From: Somniosus microcephalus | Taxonomy: Eukaryota | Assembly: GCA_052327205.1 (NCBI GenBank) | Contig: CM126215.1 | Span: 107,694,001 to 107,758,000 of the forward strand | Length of the DNA stretch: 64,000 nt | Direction: 5' to 3' | Part shown: positions 13,556 through 25,117 of the stretch, piece after piece | How the letters are laid out: each line of letters begins with the position of its first letter | Position numbering within the stretch: the first letter of the stretch is position 1 | Position numbers and translations under genes: made by a program | The notes under the pieces: generated by a model | What the model saw: the letters and a program-made list of their open reading frames with translations, nothing else | The model's database searches: none | What the model was told of the DNA's origin: nothing

Positions 13556-15463
13556 ATGACCATGGAGAAGGCCAGGGAGCGAGCGCAGCGCTTTAGTGAG
13601 GGTGCCCTGAAGGTTCTGGTTGGCGCAGTGGAGCGCCGGCGACCTGTCCTCTTCCCTGACAGTGGCAGGAGGCCGCTGCCCAGCAAATACAGGAAAGCTT
13701 GGAGGGAGGTGGCACACAGAGTGACCTCCAGCAGCATGGTCCCCAGGACACCCACGCAATGCAGAAAAAAGTTCAACGACCTCACTTGGGTTGTCAGGGT
13801 GAGTACCCTTTCCAGCATCCTCTTCATCCCTGCATGTGCACATCACTTTATGGCCAAAGGGTCCTGAAAGCCCCAATGCCCAGCCCTCATCCAACACCTA
13901 TGGCACTCTCATGAAAATCACACGCACGTTCACCAATTTACACACTGTCAGGGCTATTCAACCATGGGAGGCAGTGCAGGCAAGATGCGGGCTTGACACT
14001 GTCAGGGCTATTCCACCATGGGAGGCAGTGCAGGCAAGATGAGGGCTTGACACTGTACTCACAGCCCGTCCTTTCTCTTGCAGGGCAAGCTGGCGCACAA
14101 CAGGAGGCAGCAGCTACGGACCAGAGGAGGCCGTCCTGAACTTAAAGACCTCAGCGACCTGGAGCAGCGAGTGGAGCAGATTATGGAAGGCCAGCTGATT
14201 GGCCCTGTTGCCACTGGAGATGCCGACCCCATTCTGGACAGCAATGGTAAGGTCATCACCTTTTTGACCTCTCTCTTTCCACTTGTGCCTCACACCAGCA
14301 TCCTTTGCCACTCTCGAACCAATGCAGTGCATTGCAGCACTCATGCCTCCCTCGCTGCCGCCCTGTCCTCACGCTAAAGCAACTCTTGTGCCTCCCTGCT
14401 TTCAGATGCTGATTCGCCAGGTGAGGAGGCGGGCCCTCAAGCTGGCACTGTGAGTGAATTGGAAGGCGAGGAGGAGGAAGAGGAAGCCAGCCCATCAGTG
14501 CCACCCTCAGCCGAGGCAGCCCATGGCCATGATGGGGACACGTCTTCCCTGGAGGGAAGCAGGGGGGAAGAGTCTGATGAGGGTGAAGCTCCGGGGCCCA
14601 GCGGGCTGCAGCAACGCGGGAGGGGTGGGGAAGCTCGGTGGCCTTCTCGCCGGAGGGTGAGTTCGGCCTCCAGTCCTGCTACGGTGAGCGCAGAGGAGGT
14701 GCGGCTCCTTGGTGAAATGGGTGCCCAAGCTGAGCGCAGGCACATTGAACTCATGGCTGCAGTGGCAAGGATGCCTGACTGCATAGAGTCACTGGCAAGG
14801 AGTGTGCAGGAATTCGGGGCAGCACAGGCCAGGAGTCTGGAGGAATTCGGGGAAGCACAGGCCAGGAGTCAGCAGGAGGTCGCTGCATCACAGGCCAGGA
14901 GTCAGCAGGGCATCGCTGCATCACATGCGGCTTCCAGCCAAGTGCTTATTCGTGCCATGCAGTCACTGGCTGGTCTGATGCAGACACAGATCAGGGCCAC
15001 ACGGGCACTAACTGCTGCCACCCTCGCTGGATCGGCCAAGAATCGTCGGGGCCCTCGCCGCACCGCAGCAGCCCAGCAGTCTGTGCTTCAGCAGATTGCT
15101 GCGCATGCTTCAGTGCTGGCCTGTGCGAGGGCCAGTGTCTCGGCCAACCAGGGAGTGCCTGTGCTCTGTCAGGTTGGCAGCATTCCTGCTGCCAACACTG
15201 TCACTCCTCCACTGCAGCTGCCACCACCCGTAGGACAGACTGCTGCCGCCCAAGCAGAGTTGGAGCAGTCAGCAGCCGGGCCCTCCAGGCCCAGAGCTGG
15301 TCCAGGCCGTCCCCCAAGGGCATCTGCCGACTCAGTATCTGACCCTCAGCAGCCTTCCCCCAGCCTTGCTGCAGCCACTGGGGTCCCATTGAGGAGGAGC
15401 TGCAGGGCGGGAAGGGGCCAATCGCGCAAGCGAGGCGGATCACCCTCGCAGGCCAAAAAGTAG
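13556..15463 (+). CDS. Harbinger Myb/SANT-like DNA-binding protein, 3 exons (13556-13798, 14084-14246, 14406-15463), ~487 aa, apparently intact
   Basis: Exon 1: RAQRFSEGALKVLV...WREVAHRV...RTPTQCRKKFNDL (trihelix/Myb_DNA-bind type). GT-AG introns with polypyrimidine tracts (AGG|GTGAGT, CTTTCTCTTGCAG|, ATG|GTAAGG, CTGCTTTCAG|). Phases 0 and 1 join with no stop. Confidence 0.85.
13942..14056 (+). repeat. 54-bp tandem repeat (~2.1 copies) in intron 1 of the Myb gene
   Basis: ACACTGTCAGGGCTATTC(A/C)ACCATGGGAGGCAGTGCAGGCAAGATG(C/A)GGGCTTG starting at 13942, 13996 and 14050. Confidence 0.9.
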
Positions 15464-15703
15464 GTGTGGCAAAATGTTAAGTTTTTTATGAAGGCCGAGA
15501 ATATTGTGTTTGTTTTTTATGAAGGCCGAGAATGTTGTGTTTGTTATTTATGAAGGCCGAGGATCATGTTCATTTTTGTTTAACTGTTTTGTTCATTTTC
15601 TCCAGGTTGTGAGAGCCAGTTACGTGTCTGACTGTTTTTTGGGGGGTTTCTCTGTATTTGGTTGTCATGCGGGAAGGGCACAGAGTTTGTTTAAAAAAAA
15701 ATT

Positions 15704-16401
15704 GGCCTAGAAATTAGGTATAGCCCCGCCAGGTCTTTAGCGCCCGAAATTTAGCGCTCGGCCGGATTCCCGTAGCGCCCGCCTGAAATTCAGTTGCGCC
15801 GCCCCAACACGGAGGCGGGCGCTATTGGAGGGTTTGGCTGCCTCGTTTGGGGCGAAGAATGTCAGTTTCAGGCGTCCAGCTGCCGCTGCGGCACCCGATG
15901 CGGTGCGGCAGGCTGGGGTACTGCAGGCCTCCTCCTTCTCTTAAGGAGGAGCTGCCTGCAGCCGTGAGATCGCCGCTGGATTCCCCCGGCAAATGAGCCC
16001 GGCACCACGGAGAAGTGCCGGGCTCGCGGGAGTGACACACCAATGCCGCGGGGGGGTGGTGCAGGAGTCCGGGGAGGGAGGTGCGGCCAGGCGGCCGCCG
16101 GGAAAGCGGCCGGCCGCCCCTCCACCTTTATGCGCCGGCCTCTCGGAGCTGCAAGGCACCGTTTTGCAAACGCTGTTTGCGGCCGCCACGGGAGAGGCGG
16201 CCGCAACTGAATTTGGCGGTCGGACCGGAATTGCATTGGAACCAGGGCGCTGCGCACACCGATGACGTCATCGGTGCCGGCGCAGCGCTACCGGCTAACG
16301 TCAATGTTATGGACCAACTGAATTTCGGGCGCGAAAAAACTTCCGGCGCAAACCACTCTATAGCCCATAAGTGGGCGCAAACGCAACTGAATTTCTAGGC
16401 C
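15704..16401. mobile_element. Harbinger MITE (698 bp) nested between the two genes of Harbinger #1
   Basis: TIRs GGCCTAGAAATT / AATTTCTAGGCC; TSD ATT (15701-15703, 16402-16404); homologous to 5050-5749. Confidence 0.95.
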
Positions 16402-16526
16402 ATTATCTTTATTCAGGTTGTCCATGTTTCCACTTTGAACTATTTGTTGCCTTAACCGCCTCAGGGTTTGCAGAGCGGCTCCATTCATGTTCTTTCAATG
16501 GCTCAAGCCATTCCCTGAGAGGGGGC

Positions 16527-17645
16527 CTAGAACCGACTTGCAATAAGCCGCTGACGGACGGCCCTTGCACTTTGTGCCTCCCTCCTGTCTTGGTGCTCCT
16601 CCTCCTCCTTCTCCTCCTCCTCCTATGGTGGTCCTCCAATGTCTGCTGGCAGTGGCTGAGTCCTGAGGATAGCCAGGTTGTGCAGCATGCAGCACACTAC
16701 AACAAAATGGGAGACTCGCTCAGGCGAGTACTGTTGGGCTCCCCCGGAATGGTCCAGACAGCGGAACCGTTGCTTCAGCACACCGATTGTGTGCTCAATG
16801 ATGTTCCTGGTCACTTGATGGCTGTCACTGTATCACTCTTCAGCAGGGGTGGTGGGCGCATGGAGCGGGGTCATCAGCCAGGTGCACAAAGGATAGCCCT
16901 TGTCCCCGAGAAGCCAGCCTCCTGGGTGAGCCGGGGCTTCGAAAATGTCTGCCACAGAAGTCTGGTGCAGGATGAAGGCATTGTGGCTGCTGCCTGGAAA
17001 GCGGGCATTGACAACTAGTATGAGCTGCCTGTGGTCACACACCAACTGTACGTTCCGCGAATGGTAGCCCTTCCGGTTGCGGTAATCCTCGGCATTCTCT
17101 AGAGGCGCCCGCAAAGCCACATGCATGCAGTCAATGGCGCCCTGGACCATGGGGAAGCCCACTATTCTTGCAAATCCCATTGCACGCTCTTGCTGCTTGT
17201 CCAGGGTCATGGGGAAGGAAATGTAGTGACGTCTCCTTCTGAAGAGAGCATTCGTGACCTGGCGGATGCAGCAATGCACCGCGAACTGGGATATATTGGC
17301 AATGGCCCCAGTAGCAGATTGGAAGGAGCCGGTGGCATAGAAGTTAACAGCCACTGTCACCTTCACTGCCACCGACAGAGACGTCCTGCTCCTCAGCTGA
17401 GGCTGCAGATCTCTATGAAGCAGGTGGCAGATCTCAGTGACCATCTCCCTTCTGAATCGAAGCCTCCGAATGCACTGCTCCTCAGATATGTTGAGGTAGG
17501 AGAAGTGCTGGCGGTATACCCTGGGAGGGTAAGGCCTCCTGTGCCGACGCCTGTTGGCCCTTCTCCATCTGGCCATGATTGGCACTCTCTCTCTGCGTCT
17601 CTGAGCCATTTCAATGCAATGCAGAAACCCAACGTTTCCACCCAT
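16527..17645 (-). pseudogene. Harbinger DDE transposase (HARBI1-like, DDE_Tnp_4) with two in-frame nonsense codons
   Basis: [56 protein letters not shown] and acidic tail; premature TGA at 16835-16833 and TAG at 16625-16623; natural stop ...LIASRF* at 16527. Confidence 0.9.
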
Positions 17646-20045
17646 TGCACTCAAGGCTATGGCACTGAAAAATAAATTGAACTGCAAATCTCTGGCCTGA
17701 AGCCAGAAGTACCTGTGCGAGCGCTGAGTCAAAGCAGAAACCTCTCTCCCTTTGTCTCTCTTCAAATCACTCTCTCTCACACAGAAGGAGTGGAACAAAA
17801 TGGCTACCACCAAGAATACAGTAAGAGTCCCCTTTAAATAGCGCCCCCCCAGCCCCACAGCGACTGTGAACCATTCCACTCAACCAGTCGCTGGGCGTGC
17901 CAGGCGCAAAGAAGGGGGGCGCCACTGAAGCTCCGGTTCGGGGCGCACCAAGGGCGTTACACCATGAAATGACGTCAGGATCTGTGCACACAGCTTTGCG
18001 GGCGCTGTGGTTTTGCGCCGCCGCAAATTCTTGACTCAAGTTCGCAAGAGGCGCAGATCGTGCCGCGCCCGGGTGCTCGCCGCTTCACGCCCCACTTCTC
18101 ACCCTCTTAAGGCGCTAGCAGCTGGCGCTAACAACTGAATTTTTAGACCTTTGTGTCTTAATGCGAGGAGCATTTGTAATAGGTGGATGAATTAGCTGCG
18201 CAAATAGAGGTAAACGAATATGATTTGATTGGGATTACGGAAACATGGCTCCAGGGTGGCCAAAGCTGGGAACTCAAAATCCAGGGGTATTCAATATTCA
18301 GGAAAGATAGGCAAAAAGGAAAGGGAGGTGGGGTAGCATTGCTGGTTAAAGAAGGGGTTATCACAATTGTAAGGAAGGATATTAGCTCTGATGATGTGGA
18401 ATCTGTATGGGTAGAACTGAGACATACCAAGGGGCAGAAAACGTTAGTGGGAGTGGTATATAGACCTCCAAACAGTAATGCGGAGGTTGGGGATGGCATT
18501 AAAAGGGAAATTAGAGAAGCGTGCAATAAGGGCACAGCAGTCATCATGGGTGACTTTAATCTACATATAGATTGGGCTAACCAAATTAGTAACAATACTG
18601 TGGAGGAGGAATTCCTGGAGTGTTTACGGGATGGATTCCTGGACCAATATGTCGAGGAGCCAACCAGAGATCAGGGCATCTTAGACTGGGTATTATGTAA
18701 TGAGAAAGGATTAATTAGCAATCTTGTTGTACGAAGCCCCTTGGGTCGGAGCGATCATAATATGATCGAATTCTTCATTAAGACGGAGAATGAAGTAGTT
18801 GACTCAGAGACTAGGGTCCTGAATTTAAATAAAGGAAACTACGATGGTCTGAGGTGCGAGTTGGGTAGGATTGATTGGGGAATGTCACTCAAAGGGTTAA
18901 CGGTGAATAGGCAATGGCAAATATTCAAAGACCGCATGGATGAACTACAAAATTTGTTCATCCCAGTTTGGCATAAAAATAAAACAAAAAAGGTGACTCA
19001 ACCGTGGCTAATGAGGGAAATTAGGGATAGCATAAGATCCAAGGAGAGGACATATAAATTGGCCAGAAAAAGCAGTAAACCAGAGGATTGGGAGCAGTTT
19101 AGGATTCAACAAAGGAGGGCAAAGGGATTAATTAAGAAAGGGAAAATAGAATATGAGAGTAAGCTTTCAGGGAACATAAAAACTGACTTATAGATATGTG
19201 AAGAGAAAAAGATTGGTGAAGTCAAGCGTAGGTCCCTTGCAGTCAGAATCAGGGTAATTTATAATGGCAGACCAATTAAATACATATTTTGGTTCTGTCT
19301 TCACAAAGGAGGACACAAATAACCTCCCAGAGATGTCGGGGAACATAGGGTCTAATGAAAGGGAGGAATTGAAAGAAATCAGTATTTGTAGGGAAATGGT
19401 GTTAGGGAAATTGATGGGATTGAAGGCCGATAAATCCCCAGGGCCTGATAATCTACATCCCAGGGTACTTAAGGAAGTGGCCCTAGAGATAGTAGATGCA
19501 TTGCTGAACATCTTACAACATTCGATGGAATCTGGAACAGTACCCATGGATGGGAGGGTAGCTAATGTTACCCCACTATTCAAAAAAGGTGGTAGAGAGA
19601 AAACGGGGAATTACAGACCGGTAAGCCTGACATCGGTAGTGGGGAAAATGCTAGAGTCCATTATAAAAGATGTAATAGCAGAGCACTTGGAAAACAGTGA
19701 CAGGATCGGACAAAGTCAACATGGATTTACAAAAGGTAAATCGTGCTTGACTAATCTACTGGAATTTTTTGAGGATGTAACTGGTAAAATAGATAAGGGA
19801 GAACCAGTGGATGTGGTGTATTTGGACTTTCAGGAGGCTTTCGATAAGGTCCCACATAAGAGATTAGCGTGCAAAGTTAAGGCACATGGGATTGGCGGCA
19901 AGGTATTGACTTGGATAGAGAACTGGTTGGCAGATAGAAAGCAAAGAGTTGGAATAAACGGATCTTTTTCCGAGTGGCAGGCAGTGACTAGTGGGGTACC
20001 ACAGGGATCGGTGCTTGGACCCCAGCTATTCACAATATATATTAA

Positions 20046-20936
20046 CTAGCATGGGGTGCCCGGCGTTGCCAGGGCAATTTTGGGCTGCGCGGGCTCCCTG
20101 CCCCTGTCTGTCCCCTCTCTCTCTCCCTCCCTCTCCCCCTCTCTTCTCCTGTCCCTCCCTCCCATCTCTCCCCATCTCTCTGTCCCTCCCTCCCCTCTCC
20201 CTGCATAGCGCCTCAGGCCCGGTGCCATTTTGATAGTGGCTGTGCGGGGCCTAGCGGTTGAGGGCCGGCCGGGATGTCGGGCCGAGACGGACCCGAGCTG
20301 AGCTCCCCAGGGAATCGCGCGGTTGACGGCCGGCAGCTGCCACTCCCCCGCCCACTGCGTGTGTCGGGCCTAGCGCTTGAGGCCCGGCCGGGCTCTCGGG
20401 GCGAGACGGACCCGAGCTGAGCTGCCCCGCGGGTGGCACGGTTGACGGGCGGCCGCTGCCGATGACCCGCCCGCTGTGCGTAAACTTACCTGCCACTCCC
20501 GGAGTTGCAATGTGGGGGTTTGTTTGGCTGGTGTGTCCCTGTGGGGATGAAAAAAATGGCGGCGAAGTTTAGGGAGACTGGAGGATTAGGTCCCACCCGT
20601 GACGCACCGATTGGTCAACCATCAGGTCACTGAACTGTAGGATTGGTCAAGCAGCAGGTCACTCAACGTTAATGAGAGGTAGGATTGGTCAACCGGTAAT
20701 GAGTGGATTTTTGAGGACTTTTGAACGTTTTTTGTATACTGTCCGAACAATTTTTGTCTGACCAAAAAGTAAATATGCCTATGAGAGTCCCCTAATGATA
20801 AGCTTTCTTTTGATATAACATATGTGTAGGTACGCTCTATAACTTTTGATTGTATAGCCGGACAGACAGAAAGACGGAAAGACAGACAGAAAGAGAGACG
20901 GACCGTTTTATGTAGATAGATAGATAGATAGATAGA
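20046..20936 (-). mobile_element. Non-autonomous Helitron (~890 bp) in CR1 RT
   Basis: Minus strand starts TC(TATC)n TACATAAAA and ends with hairpin GCCCTGGCAACGCCGGGC followed by CTAG-3'; inserted between A and T with no TSD. Confidence 0.85.
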
Positions 20937-22929
20937 TATCTAGACGAGGGAACTAGATGTAATATCTCCAAGTTTGCAGACGACACAAAGCTGGGTGGGC
21001 GTGTGTGCTGTGAGGTGGATGCCGAGAAACTACAGGATGATTTGGACAGGTTGGGTGATTGGGCAGAAGTATGGCAGATGCAATATAACGTGGATAAATG
21101 TGAGGTTATCTACTTTGGTGGCAAAAACAGGAAGGCAGATTATTATCTGAATGGCAATAGATTGGGGGAAGGGGAAGTGCAACAAGACCTGGGTGTCCTT
21201 GTACACCAGTCGCTGAAGGTAAGCACGCAGGTGCAGCAGGCGGTTACGAAGGCAAATGGTATGTTGGCCTTCATAGCGAGAGGGTTTGAGTACAGGAACA
21301 AGGATGTCTTGCTGCTGTTGTACAGGGCCTTGGTGAGACCACATCTTGAGTATTGTGTGCAGTTTTGGTCGCCTTATCTGAGGAAGGATGTTCTTGCCAT
21401 GGAAGGAGTTCAGCGAAGATTCACCAGGCTGATATCTGGGATGGCAGGAATGACGTATGAGGAGAGATTGGGACGATTGGGCTTGTACTCGTTGGAGTTT
21501 AGAAGAATGAGAGGGGATCTCATTGATACTTATAAAATTCTGACAGGACTGGACAGACTAGATGCAGGGAGGATGTTCCCGATGGTTGGGGAATCCAGAA
21601 CCAGGGGTCACAGTCTAAGGATTAGGGGTAGGCCTTTTAGGACAGAAATGAGTAGGAATTTCTTCACCCAGAGAGTGGTGAACCTGTGGAATTCTTTACC
21701 ACAGAAGGCAGTAGAGGCCAATACATTAAATATATTCAAGAAGGAGTTGGATATGTTTCTTAAAGCTAAAGGGATCAAGGGGTATGGGGAGAAAGCAGGG
21801 ACCGGGTACTGAACTTGGATGATCAGCCGTGATCGCATTGAATGGCGGAGCAGGCTCGAGGGGCCGAATGGCCTACTCCTGCTCCTATCTTCTATGTTTC
21901 TATGTATACCAATGTGCAATAAACACCACTGAACTGCAGCATAGGATTTTACCCTGAAGTGGCACCACCCCTTTCAATTGGAGCTGTTGCCCTTTAACAT
22001 GTTTATGACATTTTACAGTTCCCTCCTTCTCTCTCTCTCTCTCTCCCCCTCTCCCACCCAACCCACACTCTTAATTGCACTCGCTGTGCAAGTCCCAACC
22101 AGCACAAGGAGTTTATTTAAATGAGATCCATCAGCTGGCCTCACAGACTCTGTTGGTACCACTTCATCACCCTGTCAGCACAGGCCTCAGCTCTTGTATA
22201 GTGGTCCTCGAAGCACTTGTGCCAGGACTGCTGAACCAATGCTCTTAACAAGGTATTATGCCAACAATAATAATGCTAATGACCACAACGCATGTCTTCA
22301 GTGCTGCAGTGCACAAAATCACCTTTCAATCAACAGCAGTTTTGTACCATTCGCAGTACAGGTCGTAACTGTGTGCTAAACAGCACTCACTAAATTACTG
22401 ATCAGTAACATTCCAGTACCACAGTTATTACATCCCCTCTTATATATTTGAAACGATCGATTGCTTTTAGACAAAAAATTCAAGTGGAATAGGTTTAGGT
22501 ATTTTAAGCCCAGTCAGCTTTAAGGCATGTTTACTCTGAATGTGGTGCTACAACAGCCACCTGTACATTATAGCATAAAGATCAGTTCAATTCCATGCCT
22601 CTGATCAAACCTAGGATCCAGCTTTTCATTGGTCTGGAGGGCAAAGGCACCAAGAATAAATGCCTCTTTGGTCCTCCGATAGGCAACTGGCAACACGCAA
22701 GGAGATTTTCCTCTTTGTTGTGCCTGAGGTATTCTCAGTTCCCAGGTGAAGTGAAGAGGAAAAGGGGCCAGAGATCAGTTGCATCAGGTCTCCAGCTCCA
22801 CTATTTCTCCAAAGAAATGTAACTGGGCCTGGGCCTGAAGTAGGCAGAGGCACCACATAGCTATTGTAATGAGGTGGAAGGGAGCGTTCCCGGCTTACTG
22901 CCTCAGCTTCCTCCTTGATGCCCTGTGGT

Positions 22930-23093
22930 CTCTTCTCTTAGGCAGTCCCTCGGAACCGAGGGTGACTTGCTTCCACATTAAAAATGAGTTCTCAGGTGAC
23001 TGATGAGTCCAATGCGGGACCTACAGTCTCTGTCACAGGTGGGGCAGACGGTGGTTGAAGGGGCGGGTGGGTGGGATGCTTGGGTTGACATGC
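22930..23093 (-). mobile_element. RTE-clade LINE 3' end fragment
   Basis: CPTCDRDCRSRIGLISHLRTHF C2H2 finger and 3'UTR nearly identical to 41139-41300. Confidence 0.8.
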
Positions 23094-25117
23094 GGTCCTG
23101 TGGTGCGCTCCAGTGGAAAATCACCCTAACAAATCTGGCGGTAGGGCTTTCACCAAGATGTTGCTCAGACCAGCAGGTCTGTGGGGATCCCAGAGGCAGC
23201 CTAAACTTACTTGCAGCGTTGTTCTGAAGAATCTGTCCCAAATTTCCCCCTCCACTCCCTCCGAGCAATTGTCCAGCCTCAGGGTTGCAGCAGCAGCCTA
23301 CAGCTACACTCGTGTTTCCACCCCCAATCCCAACACATTGTCCTACCAGGGAACAGGCCTGTGCTGGGATTGCCTTTGGGTGCCATATAAATAGCTGGGC
23401 CAGGGAAATTTTGGGCACCTCTCACTTTACAAGCACAGTGTACCTCAAGAATGCTGTGCCTGTTGGGCACCCTTCTAGTGACCCCCTCCTCTCCCCAAGA
23501 GGAAAGTCAGAACGAGCAAAAAGGGGAATGTGGCACTTGGAGGTTGTGGTTAGCTGCTTAAGTAGAACTCACCCAGAGCCCCCAGCCGCAATGTAAAACA
23601 CCTATAGGTTCATTACTAAATTCACCCTCTAACTCACATCGTCCATTAACATAGAAGATCCTGAAACAGCATCTGGGTGACGGAGTGAATTGGATGGACT
23701 GAATGGACTTTTCTAGTTCTTACATCCTTAGGTGTGAGCACTGAAAATATCAGCTGAAATGTTAATCCATCTTTTTGATTGCCACATAGCTGCAGAATTT
23801 TCTGCTTTTATTTCAGGTTTCAGATTTTTCTACGGTGCTCTTCAGCATCATGCGTGACTTGGGAGTGACTTGTGTGGCTGCAAAATAGGAAAGGGGAGGG
23901 CCATCCTGCCCCTCACTTTCATAAGAGTACATTCAGACAGACTGTTCCGGTAGGATATGGGCCTGTAGAATCCCATCAGCACTTGGTTTATTTCCCTGAA
24001 ACCAGTCACAACAGAACTGCATAGCTTTGTCTCAAAGAAAATGCCACAATTCAATATACTGCCCACACAGCCAATACTAACAGTTTGAGCCTTTATGCCT
24101 AACAAAAACAGTTTCATTTTACTGACCTCACACAGTGAATCATTTCTTTTAATGTTTGGTAATTTCCTGCATTCTCTTTTCCCACACATTGCTCAAGATG
24201 AATACAGGTATCTAAATGACCCAAGCCGTCTTCTAAGTTGTTTTGACATTTTCAGCTTACAGTGTCACAACAGAAACAATGCAATATGTTATTCTTCCAA
24301 CCCTCTATCCTGGCTCCTAGCCCAGAGCTAGCATGTTTTCTGTAGGCTTAGCTATCTGTTGAAAGACAGCAATCTAGTATGGAAAACACCACACTTTCCA
24401 AAGCAAGCTTTATTATAATTTAAGTCTGGGGAAAAAAGATGAAAGATGCTTGACGTAAAACCTAACTCTCTCACTCCTTCAGTTATCTACATTTCCAATT
24501 AATTTAATTTCAAAAACTTGCATTCATGTACCAAAGGCATGTTACGACTTGAATTAGAAGTGTCCCTATGCCTGAAAACATCATTGCAGAGAAACATTTA
24601 CAATGGAGTTGGAAAAAAAATACAAGTGTCAGGGCACTTGACTCTGAACCAGAAGTCTATCAGTTCAGTTTCCTGGGCTGCTTGTCACTTAAGCTGACTT
24701 GCCTCCTGTGGATGAGTTAATTTGTTCACAGCCAGGCTTGTCAAATGCTCCGTTTTAACCTGCCTAATTGTGGAGCAGGCCTGATAGCAGTCATAGAGAG
24801 CTCTGCAGCCCAGACACCTCCAGTTTCCTGGCTGGCGGAAGACGTCTGAACTCAATTCAAGTCCGTTTGTTAGAGCTGAAGGATTGGTGCTCCAAAGTGA
24901 TGTTTCCAATGTCTTCTGCAACAGTGGGGGTGATAATGTAGGCCCGGCCCTGGTACCAATGCTTTGCACTTGAATGCAATCACTCCTTATTTTAGCGCTC
25001 TCAACACTGGGGAGGCCATGGGGTCTGGGGACACGTCATCCAGCGCCAGCAGCTCTTGATGGCCTGCTGGTCACCCTCAGAGCCATTCTGCAACTGAATT
25101 AAAATGTCCATTACAAG

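Larger units (their letters stand above)
13220..18149. mobile_element. Full-length PIF/Harbinger DNA transposon #1 (4.93 kb including nested MITE)
   Basis: TIRs GGCCTAGAAATTCAG / CTGAATTTTTAGACC; TSD TTT (13217-13219, 18150-18152); convergent Myb/SANT and DDE nuclease genes. Confidence 0.95.
12277..21906 (+). mobile_element. CR1 LINE subfamily A, most of ORF1 plus ORF2; split by a Harbinger (13220-18149) and a Helitron (20046-20936)
   Basis: Esterase ORF1 (IVIGDSIVRG, GTND, DGLH), endonuclease 18183..19193, RT 19264..20049 and 21003..21812; flanks rejoin across both insertions. Confidence 0.95.

Noticed and set aside
16833-17879. Host HARBI1 gene
   Set aside because: It sits inside TIRs and a TSD opposite a Myb gene and has premature stops, so it is a transposon copy and not the domesticated gene.
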